Source of the DNA: a bacterium
Lineage (GTDB): Bacteria > Omnitrophota > Gorgyraeia > Gygaellales > Profunditerraquicolaceae
Assembly: GCA_004298075.1 (NCBI GenBank)
Contig: SCRK01000054.1
Span: forward strand, 1 to 50,942
Direction: 5' to 3'
DNA: 50,942 nt
Below: more notes on the stretch, generated by a model. The model worked only from the letters and a program-made list of their open reading frames with translations, did not search any database and was not told where the DNA came from. The DNA is not shown here. Position 1 is the first letter of the stretch.

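Overview
The whole 50,942-nt window lies inside one plus-strand reading frame (codon phase starting at nt 3; 16,980 codons). It has no stop codon and no identifiable start or end, so this is an internal fragment of a giant gene longer than 51 kb. The supplied ORF track has no plus-strand entry in this phase, consistent with an ORF that runs off both edges. Everything it does list is a short shadow ORF in another frame.

Known giant bacterial proteins are NRPS/PKS assembly lines or Ig/cadherin-repeat adhesins. This ORF is instead a mosaic of about 55 unrelated modules, each resembling an ordinary stand-alone protein:
- Carbohydrate enzymes: GH77 4-alpha-glucanotransferase, GH13-like amylase.
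- Regulators: three sigma-70 paralogues, a 6x Fis-type HTH array, a Ser/Thr-kinase-like module, a CheR-like methyltransferase, three GHKL/HATPase modules, and RelA/SpoT synthetase and HD hydrolase in separate modules.
- Other enzymes: P-loop, HAD hydrolase, alpha/beta hydrolase, amidinotransferase/deiminase-like, Nudix, GNAT-like, radical SAM, SDR epimerase, dehydroquinate-synthase-like cyclase, two Pol-beta-type nucleotidyltransferases.
- Exported or membrane parts: two TPR modules with their own signal-peptide-like leaders and several polytopic membrane modules.

The modules are separated by a short in-frame punctuation motif, [S/A/G/C]-[A/S]-S-P-[L/V/I]. I found at least 49 strict copies, all in the same phase. 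Toward the 3' end the motif is the nucleotide-identical GC-rich 12-mer GCCTCGCCGCTG, and the window ends exactly on one copy.

I read this as a candidate bacterial polyprotein, or operons fused into one ORF, in which the ASPL-type motif is a processing, linker or cassette-junction signal. That interpretation is inference only. Domain calls come from remembered family signatures; no HMM or BLAST search could be run. I saw no rRNA, tRNA, CRISPR array, transposase or convincing promoter or terminator.
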